Of a stretch of 64,000 bases of DNA, positions 54,595 to 64,000 are shown piece after piece. Origin of the DNA: Camelus ferus (Eukaryota); NCBI RefSeq assembly GCF_009834535.1, contig NC_045707.1, positions 53,570,001-53,634,000 of the forward strand. The letters are read 5' to 3'. Under the pieces are notes generated by a model. It searched no databases. It had not been told where the DNA came from and saw only the letters and a program-made list of their open reading frames with translations. How positions within the stretch are numbered: the stretch's first letter is position 1; each line of letters begins with the position of its first letter. Position numbers and translations under genes: made by a program.

Positions 54595-55480
54595 TTTAAC
54601 CAAGTTAGCATTTCCAGTTGACTGTCTAGTAGTTTCATCAGAGTTAACCTATCTGAAACACACACATGTGCACTTAACCTGTTCCTTCCTGGCTTTCTAC
54701 ATCAGTAAATAATGCTAATCATTTCTTCATATATTCAAGCCTCAGATCTAGGCATTATTGATCCTTTGATTATTCCTTTTCCTCTGTATTAACATACTAC
54801 CACCATCATTTTCTGTTTAGAGTAGTTAAACAATATTATAAATGACTCCATTTCACACTATTTCTAATACTACCTCTATTCCGTGGTACCATCACCTCCC
54901 ACCTATATCACTGATATGACTGCCTAACTAGTCACCGTTGCTTCCAGCATTAACTCCTTACCATCCCATTTCTACACACATCCCACGAAACCATCCAGTT
55001 GCTACCCATTACACTTAGATACAAAATCCTCACTCCTGTCTAGAAGGTTCTGTGATCTGGCTCGGGACTAACTTGCCAAGTTCACCTCATACAATCTCTA
55101 CTACACACTCACTGCCCTTGAGTCACATTGATCTTTCTGTTCCCTGAATTCCCTAAAATCTTCCCCACCTTGACAATAGTTCATCCCTCTTCCCATAATA
55201 TCCATCCCAGGATCATCTTTTATTTGGATCTTTGAAGCCTTCCCTGACCACTCAGTTTAAATTAGCACTCTTTAATTACTCTCTATCACCACCATTCCAC
55301 TTTATTTTCTTCAGAACTCAACACACTTTTTTAACTAGTTGGTCCTGCTTCTACTGAAATACAGGCTCCATAAGAACAGTTGTTTTATCTGTCTAATCTA
55401 TCAGTGTCCTCAGTGTCCAGAAAAGGACCAGGCACATGGTAAATACTCAACATACATTTACAGAAAGAATGAATGAGTGA
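54595..55480 (+). mobile_element. L2 3' region
   Basis: 'gaagccttccctgaccac...ccaggcacatggtaaatactcaacatacatttacagaaagaatgaatgagtga'. Confidence 0.75.
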
Positions 55481-55925
55481 CACAGAAGAAATGCTAGATA
55501 AGCTAAGCTCTCAAAAAAGTGAATTTCTTGCAGAAATAGCTGGGTCCACTAAAATACTCAATTCATTTGTTTATTTTTCCTAGTTCTCTGGCTGTGACTA
55601 CAATTGCAATTACATTTAAATGTATTGTCAGAATTAATGGGTCACTCTCTCAATTACCATTTGTGATAATGGAGTTTGAAATTTACTCAAGAAATACTCA
55701 ACATCAAGTAAGTACTTCTTCATGGTAGTAAATGTGCTGAATTAAAAAAATTTTTTAATTTAAAATATGAATCCCTATTATTTAAGACATTTTTCTTTTC
55801 AACATACATGGATGTTATTCTACATCAATAAAATGTTTTAACCTGCATCAGAATCTGTTCTAGTCTATAATGTTTATTCTCAGAAAAAGGAAGAACGCTC
55901 ATACTGAAAACACAGCATGTTGAGT

Positions 55926-55989
55926 TTTTTTTTTATTGACGTCCAGTCAGTTACAATGTGTCAGTTTCTGATTTACAGCACAATGTCCC
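55926..55989 (-). mobile_element. Very short (~64 bp) young L1 3' tip
   Basis: Poly-T followed by 'attgacgtccagtcagttacaatgtgtcagtttctgatttacagcacaatgtccc'. Flanked by TGAGT (55921-55925 and 55990-55994). Confidence 0.8.
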
Positions 55990-57501
55990 TGAGTGTTTTG
56001 ACTCTTTAGCAATGATTTTAGAAATAACTATCTTTGTGACTTTTAATTAAACATGGAAGGTAGAATGTAAACTGAGTCTTCAGAAGATTTAGTACTATGT
56101 TTCGTAATTTTTAGCTTTATACTTCCATGATTTACTTCATGGACAATCTATTAAATGCTTTTTGGGGTTATATTTGTCTAGTGTGTGCTGATATATTAAT
56201 TCAAGGTTGGATTTTTTTTTTTCTCTAGTGATCTAAATATCAGTGAATTCATGAGATTCCCTCCAGGAGTAGGAGAACTAAAGGTCCTGTACTTGTTGCA
56301 TTTAAGCTGTTTGTATTGAGAGAGGACAATTCATTTTTTTTTATTCTTTGTTTTTAGTGTCAGAGAGGCTAGAACCATATGGTATTCTCCACCATACTTA
56401 GGAGCTTGCAGGGGCAAAAAGTATTAGTTCTACAGTCACTGGTGCAGATTAGAAACTGTAGGTGGGAAATGTAATAGTTTGTACTGTCAGAATTAGGGTA
56501 TGGTATCTTTAACAGGACTGAAACGTGATCTGAGCTGGCAAAGCACTGTAAGACCCATGGGAGACTGTAAAAAGACGAATGATGGCAATGACAATGGCTG
56601 AAGTGCTAATGAGAAAGTCAATTCTAACATACTGATTTTTTTTTTCTCTTAACTGAAAAAAGACTGGGACTGCTTGTGTGTGCATACGTCTTAATGCAAA
56701 TGTATATGTCAACATAGACATTCAACTGCTCGAGAACTACATATTCACATATTTCCTGGCACTAGAAGAGCACCTGACCACTCACTAAACCCCTAAATAC
56801 TTCTTGAATGGATGTTATGTGAATAAGAAATAAATTTCTTTCTAAACAGAGTAACCCTGTGAGATCTACCATGACAGAAGCCATGGAAAGACCTAGAAAC
56901 AAAATAAACTTACTATTGTAGGGCATATGCTTCAGGGAAAGATACATGGAGTTGAAAAAAGTCCCATCTGATGTGGCAGGAGATGGAGAGGCTTAAGTTG
57001 GAGAGGCAGTGCAGGCGGGCTCTCGGGAGTCCAAGCAGGAGGTCGGTGTTAGCAGGATTGCTGAACCTGACCTGTGTGAACCTGTTAGGAGCCGTGAGCC
57101 TAGGAAACAGGCAGGATCCTGTTAGTCAGGGCACAGAGCTGGGGCGGCCTAGAATTTTCATGATTTTCACGCAGGAATTTGGAGAAAAGGTTACAGAATA
57201 GTCTTAGTGGCAGGAACAAAGTGAGGCTCCATTCAGGGAACCAGAGCATCAACTCATAAACCAGGGCATAAGCCAGAACTATCAGTTATGCCTACTATTG
57301 AACAAGGCAACTGAATCATGAAAATTGGTCAATTAATCAGAAAAGCAAATTAAAACAATATTATGAAAAAGTTATAATTAGGTAAAACACGGTTTTATTT
57401 TAATAAAATGCATAGATGTATTCATTCACCAGTCTTTTCATATGGTGCCAAAATTTTTTTCTCTGTGTCCTGGTCCCCTGATTTGAATTCCATTTGATAT
57501 T

Positions 57502-58004
57502 TCAGGGCAGAATAGGGTTAACTCAGCAGGCCTGGATTTCGCAAAACCTGTACATTACAAAGAAATCTTCAGCATTGGCCTTTGGCTGGCTCTTGAGACG
57601 TAACTCTGAACCCTTGGAAAATCTATTTGATAAGAATGTTTTTATATGTCTGAGGCCTTGGGCCACTCTGTATCAGTCTTGTAGGTACCACATGCTGCAT
57701 TACTGACCCCCATTAAAAGTATAGATACCACCCCCCTCCCAACTGCCCGGGTGAGCTTCCCAGAGTGGTAGCATTTTGTCCGTGCTGTCACACATCACTG
57801 GTGGGAGACTGTGACTGAACTAAGAGGGGCGCCTGGAGATCCATCTGATTTCTCCTGGACCTTGCCCCATATGCCTTTTCCCTTTGCTGGTTTTAAGCTG
57901 CATCCCTTCTCTGTAATACACCATAACCAGGAGAATAACAGCTTTGAATAGTCCTGTGAGTCCTGTTAGACAATTATCAGGCTGTCTTGGGGACCTCTGA
58001 CACA
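57502..58004 (+). mobile_element. MER77/MER21-group LTR
   Basis: 'ggcagaatagggttaactcagcaggcctgg...gtgagcttccc...ttcccttt...ccataaccaggagaataacagc...gtcttggggacctctgacaca'. Confidence 0.82.
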
Positions 58005-61000
58005 ACCTATATAAGCCACAACCTACCTAAGCCATATCTATGATTTCTGGAATTTCTTTGAAGAAGAAGGGGGACCGAATAACATTGGAATTCTGACTGC
58101 AAATCTTTGTAAATTGTATGATTTTTGAATTAAAGGAATTCCACTTGCAAAAACACGTATGAAAAGTAACACGTAGACTCTTGGTTGGCAAGAGGGAGTT
58201 GAAGTGCAGGGATACTTCTGAGTAATAACCAGCACTTACTGAACATGTATTATTTGCCAGGCCTTATTGTGTACAGCTTATGTTTTACCTCAGTCCTCAA
58301 GTTTGTCATTTAGGAGACGTCTGCATGGAGAAAATGAGGTGAATATCTGTTAGTAAGTAGGAGGACTTGAGAAAGAAGTGTTGAGTTTTTAACTTAGCTT
58401 ACTAACTAAATATTTTTCCTGAATACTCTCAATTTATGAATGCTTTAAATCTCCATTTTATTGAGAACTGTGGTCGTTCTTGATAATTTTACTTTTGGAG
58501 GTACAATTTGATATTGATGTTGTAAATAACTACAAGTCATGTATTGAGGGAACGGAACACAATTTGAGGCCCCTGTTCAAGAATTATGGTCTAAGATAAT
58601 TATCCCACAAGGAGTTTCTACTTTAGCTTTTTGCAGTTTTCTTTCCCAGTACAGGTTTGAAATGGAAATTGAGATTTTGTGCTTTTTGCACTTTCATAGC
58701 TATGGGATGCTAAATGTTACTAGTAGGAAATGTTCAGGGAAGAGAGCAGTGTCCTGCAAGCTGTTTTAAGTAAAACCTGTAACAGTTAATTCACTTCAAA
58801 AAGCATGTAAGGAAATGACTTACTTTGGAATTGAAAATACTGAATGCAAATTTTAGTCACAAAATGAAAATCAAGTATTCCTATTTTGACTGATTTGAAA
58901 GGGCATATCTCCTTTAATGTTATAATTTTAAAATTAGGATTTGAGGGAATATCAATTTTCAGAAAAATCCAATTAAATTTATGAATGTCAATCATTTTAA
59001 CATTAAATATTAGTATGTTATTATTTTGGAATGTGAAAACATACTTTAAAGCATAAACATTTTTATATTAACATGGAAGCTTTAAAAGATTTCTCACATT
59101 ATATTTAACATAAGGAATTCATTATTTATTTTTTTAGTACCTAAGAAATCTTACATTTAGTACCAGATATAAGAACTTAAAATGTCACGTATTATAGACC
59201 CTCCCACTGATAAATCATATCATGGCTATGGCTACACTTTTATTTTCCTTTCTATAATTGTTCATAAAATAAAAAGGGGGGCTCAGCAGTGCTTGAGGAA
59301 AGATATAAAAATTGAACATTAATTTTATTCAGATGAGATGATTTGTATGCAAGCTGATCAGGCTACAAGCTTATCTCATTACAAGCTCAAGGCTATGAGC
59401 GTTTCATCATTTCTCAGATGCCATTAAGTTTAATGAGATGAATGCCTGCATTGTGTATTAAAAATGTGTCGCTGTTCTGCAATTCTGTATGATGATGAAG
59501 TGTTTGTGAATATTTATTACTTCAGTCTTTAGTGCTTTCAACTTTATACTAAATAGCAAAGTTGATTGCCTATACTGTTCTAATTGCATTGTTTAGAGAG
59601 TACTGTCCTTTTCCTCTTCAGTTTCAGAGTTGCTAGTAATATGCAGGTCTTTTGAAGTGCAATAATTGGCATGTGAAGACTTGCACAGACATATAATTGC
59701 ACCCCAAATTGAAACACAGTAGGTGCACTCAGTCTCAGGCAGAGTGAATTAGCTCTGTGCCTTTCCTTCTGGGAACACAAGTGGTCAGTGCTGCTGATTT
59801 TAAGCAGTCACTGAGACACTGATTTGCATATATAATTTGTTTCTATACATTTTCAGAAGAGCACAATTTTTTAATGCCAAAAAAGGAGTGTTTCCAATAA
59901 GCCTTTGAAAAGCATACTGTTTAATTAGTCATTCACTTTATCATTCTCTTAAATTGGTATGAATACACATGAAAGGCTTCAAAATGAATTTTGTTGTCAT
60001 TGTTTACTATATATTTTTTAGCTCAGTTCTTCAAATATTTCTCTTTCCTTTGTTTTGCTCTCACTGGAACCCAATAACTATTCTGTTGGGAAATAAGGCT
60101 GTGAAATCCGGAGACTTGAGATTTAGCCTTAGTTTTGTCTCTCAGATATTGTCTTATAAGAACCAATTTAGTTTTCTGTACCTGCTTCTACACTGTCCTA
60201 ATAATGGGTAGCCTGCCTGTATATTATAATCCACACCGTTTCCTCCCTGCGTCACTAATTTCAGTGTAATCATATGAAATTGTACTAGTGGCTTAAACCC
60301 TTAAGTATGAACAGTTTCACTCAAGATGATCTGCATCTTTCCCCTTCTCTGGTGATTCACTGTGATTTAGTAGTTTCTCTAACTTTGAAGGAGAGGCAGG
60401 TTTCCTTCTGTAAACACCTTGGATACCCCATTCAAATGAGGATTGTCCTTAACCCAGGTATATGCTATTTATGAGGAAAAAACCATCTTAAACAATAGGG
60501 AGACATGATTTTTGTTGTCTGTTTCTGCTATCTTGCTTCTTTTACCTGTATCTTACTCAGCCTCAGACACCTCAGTATTTAGACCCACTTTTCTCTAGAT
60601 CCGAGACACATATGCACTTTAAGTTGAAATCAAATTAAAAAATTATACAAACACACACACATTTCATAATTTCTAGTATGCCAAAACTTTTTTGCTAGGC
60701 ATTATAGAGACAAAGAATCCATTCTCTGTTGTTTCCATGGGCCAGTGGCTTAGTCTGTCTGCTGAGTGCTGTATAGTAGGTATGGAGTAGACTTTAACAG
60801 AGTAAATAAAGTTTAAGATAAGTAAGATATTGCCAGATTTGGAAACAGCAAGGTTAAAGGCAAACGAATATAAAAGTGCATGCAACAATCTGGAAAAAAT
60901 AAGATTAGAATGCACAAAGAAAGTATCAAATAAGGTAGATTATTGTCAAATTGAAAGGCTCTGAATCTAATGATAACGACCCATCAGTTATGCTGGTAAC

Positions 61001-61914
61001 TATTGATAAGTCACCCAATTTTTATCCAATGAATAATATAGTGTTGTGGAATTCATGGGAAGAGAAGCTTCCAAGGAATGGGAAATGCTCACAAATATCC
61101 AGTGCTGCCTTGTCTAGGATGAGGACTCAAATAGGGACGTTATGTTATATAACTTGCAAGTTCTGTGAGACTTAAATAGAATAAGAGAACCTGAAACAGA
61201 AGTCAGAAAATAATATTCCACTTCAAATACTTTTAAAAATAGCTTCAGTAAATAGATAAATGTAATTACTAATTATCAATCCAGAAGAGTGAATGTGAGG
61301 TGGAGAAATCAGAAGGACTAAGATATTTTAAAAAGTGTATCTTATTTCCCTCAGAGAATAGGGTGCACACTCCCTAGGTAATTGAACAAATTAATATGCA
61401 CTGAAGTGAAAAATAAAATAGAACAGGTGGGTTCCTTCAGGCAAGCATGGATGTTTGTTTTACCTGTGGTCTTCTGCACAGAATAACCTGTAGTCACAAG
61501 TAGTTAGAATACACGCCAATAGAACAGGTGGGTTGTACCATGACTGGCTGATGGGAGAACTCACAGATCACTGTCTCAGGTCTTCAGATCAGAGGAAATA
61601 GGATAAGGAAATGTTTATTCATATACAGCTAAGCTGTGGAAATTTGCTAATGTTCTTCTGCTGTGTTTTCTAAGCAGGAGGAAAGTCTGTTAACACACTT
61701 CATGTCCCAAAGGGATGCTGTGGACATTTAAAATTAATAATGAAATATTTCATATGTAAAAATATTTTTCATGTGAATACTTTTTCATGCCCATCTAATA
61801 GTATAAACTTAGTATCAAGGCTGTGGCTGGCAGTGTGCTGTGACAGTTCTCTGGGGTCTAATGTAGGCAAGGTTTCTTGGTTATGGTAGAAGGTACTCGA
61901 ACTCTATTTTTTTT

Positions 61915-62110
61915 ATTTAGCAGATGTTTATAGAACACTATATCCCCAAAATGAAGAATACATATTCTTTTCAAGCATTTACAGAACATTCATCAAGAAA
62001 GACTGTATGCTAAGCAATAAAATAAATCTCAGTGAATTTCAAAAACTGAAATCACACGGAGTATATTCTCTGACCACAAGTCAAATAAATTAGAAATCAA
62101 TAATAAAATG
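61915..62110 (+). mobile_element. Old L1 ORF2 endonuclease fragment
   Basis: 'tatagaacactatatccc...gaatacatattcttttcaagc...ttctctgaccac' encodes YRTLYP..EYIFFSS...SDH. Confidence 0.8.
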
Positions 62111-62261
62111 TATAAAGGCAATCCATAGAGAATTGATAATCAATATTTTTTGCCTTCTAAGTTTTACTGAAGTGTAGCCCTTTTACAATGTTGAATATTT
62201 CTTGAGTAAATTCCAAACTCCATTATCACAAATGGCAATCGAAAGGGTGACCCATTAGTCC

Positions 62262-63860
62262 TATTTATTTATTTATTTAATGTATAGTTGGTTTACAATG
62301 TTGTATCAAATTCTGATGTACAGAATGTTTCAGTCATACATACACATACATATATTAATTTTCATATTCTTTTTCATTATAGGTTACTGTAAGATATTGA
62401 ATATAGTTCCATGTGCTATACAGTATAAACTTGTTTATCTGTTTTGTATGTGGTTAATTAGTATCTACAAATCTCAAACTCCCAATTTATCCCTTCCTAC
62501 CCTTTTTAATCACCTAGTAACCTTAAGTTTGTTCTCCATGTCTGTGAGTCTGTTTCTGTTTTGTAACTAAGCTCATTTGTGTCTTTTTTATTTTTAGATT
62601 CCACATATAAGCAATATCATACACTATTTTTCTTTCTCTTTCTGGCTTCACTTAGAATGATGACCTCCAGGTCCATCCATTGTTGCTGCAAATGGCATTA
62701 CCTTATTCTTTCTTACGGCTGAGTAGTATTCCATTGTGTAAATATACCACAATTTCTTTATCCAGTCATCTGTCAATGGGCATTTAGGTTGTTTCCATGT
62801 CTTGGCAATTGTAAATATTGCTGCTGTGAACATTGGGGTGCATGTGTCTTTTTGAGTTATAGTTTTCTCCAGATATATGCCCAGGAGTGGGATTGCTGGA
62901 TCATATGGTAAGTCTATTTTCAGTTTTATAAGGAACCTCCATACTGTCCTCCATAGTGGCTGCATCAATTTATATTTTCACCAACATTGTAGGAGGGTTC
63001 CTTTTTCTCCACACCCTCTCCAATGTTTATTATTTGTGGACTTTTTAATGACGGCCATTCAGACTGGTGTGAGGTGATTCCTCATCGTAGTTTTAATTTG
63101 CATTTCTCTAATAATTAGTGATGTGGAGCATCCTTTCATGTGGCTGTTGGCCATCTGTATGTGTTCTTTGGAGAGATGTCTGTTTAGGTCTTCTGCCTAT
63201 TTTTTGATTGAGCTCCTTGTTTTTTTGATATTAAGCTGTATGAGCTGTTTGTATATTTTGGAAATTAGTCCCCTTGTCAGTTGCATCATTTGCAAATATT
63301 TTTTCCCATTCTGTAGGTATGTTCCCTCTATGCCCACTTTCTGGAGAGTTTTTATCATAAGTCAGTATTGAATTTTATCACAAGCTTTTCTGCATCTATT
63401 GAGATGATCGTATGGTTTTTATTCTTCAATTTGGTAATGTGGTATATATAGCACATTGACTGATTGGTGGACAGTGAAAAATCCTTGCATCCCTAGGATA
63501 AATCCCACTTGCTCATGGTGTGTGATCATTTTAATGCCTTGTTGGAGTTGGTTTGCTAGTATTTTGTTGAAGATTTTGCATCTATATTCAAGTGACATTG
63601 GCCTGTAATTTTCTTTCTTTGTGATATCTTTGTCTAATTTTGGTATCAGGGTGATGGTGGCCTCATAGTCTGAAAGTGTTCCTTCCTCTGCAATTTTTTG
63701 GAATGGTTTCAAAAGGATAGGTGTTAACTCTTCTCTAAGTGTTTGGTAGAATTCACCTGTGAAGCTGTCTGGTCCTGGACTTCTGTTTGTTGAGAGTTCA
63801 TTGATTCAGTTTCAGTATTGGTAGTTGTCCTATTCATATTTTCTGTTTCCTCATGGCTTG
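62262..63860 (-). mobile_element. Young 5'-truncated L1 with an internal deletion in ORF2
   Basis: Starts with a (TATT)n tail and the 3' UTR. ORF 62648-62968 is the ORF2 C-terminus ([14 protein letters not shown]...). ORF 63419-63712 is the ORF2 Z/RT region ([10 protein letters not shown]...[10 protein letters not shown]). The sequence jumps at 63315-63318. Confidence 0.93.
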
Positions 63861-64000
63861 AACTCTTGTTTTTGTCCTGAGCTTCTCTACCTGTTCCTGT
63901 CTTCTTAACGTAATCATCAATGAGACTTGATTTGTTTTATATACTCCTAAAATAATTTTTAATTTCTTTGTATACCAGTGGTTTAATAAGTGATCAATAA

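Noticed and set aside
17743..58850. Many octamer (ATGCAAAT) motifs
   Set aside because: Expected frequently in DNA this AT-rich, with no convincing clustering.
62648..63712. ORFs with recognisable protein motifs (also 38972-39229, 48383-48697)
   Set aside because: They are fragments of truncated L1 ORF2 and not functional CDS.
33739..63860. All five young L1 3' ends are on the minus strand, suggesting an intron of a plus-strand gene
   Set aside because: The sample is small, older L1s and LTRs occur in both orientations, and no exon chain was found.
1..64000. CRISPR arrays, operons, tRNA/rRNA genes or a novel protein-coding system
   Set aside because: This is mammalian repeat-rich DNA with no regularly spaced repeats, long ORFs or structural RNA genes visible. 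Small exons of a large gene cannot be excluded by eye.

Overview
AT-rich, CpG-poor mammalian DNA, either intergenic or deep intronic. The young L1 3' UTR type and the lack of recognisable Alu, B1, Bov-tA, PRE1 or Can-SINE elements suggest a cetartiodactyl, probably a camelid (inference from recall). I found no intact protein-coding gene, RNA gene or prokaryotic system. The listed ORFs are repeat fragments or noise. Much of the window is L1, L2, MIR, LTR and DNA-transposon relics. The main result is one decayed class III (HERV-S/ERV-L-like, env-bearing) provirus that now lies in two oppositely oriented halves. The pol, env and 3' LTR half is at 895-4345 (-). The 5' LTR, PBS and gag half is at 14788-16737 (+). 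The halves share a perfect 5-bp target-site duplication (CTTAC) and a ~21-nt duplicated junction, which implies a ~12.4-kb inversion with one breakpoint inside the provirus. The provirus also looks chimeric: it has an Arg-type PBS and a MER4-group-like internal segment in place of 3' gag, protease and 5' RT. Repeat family names come from recall of consensus sequences, not from database searches. Many boundaries are approximate.
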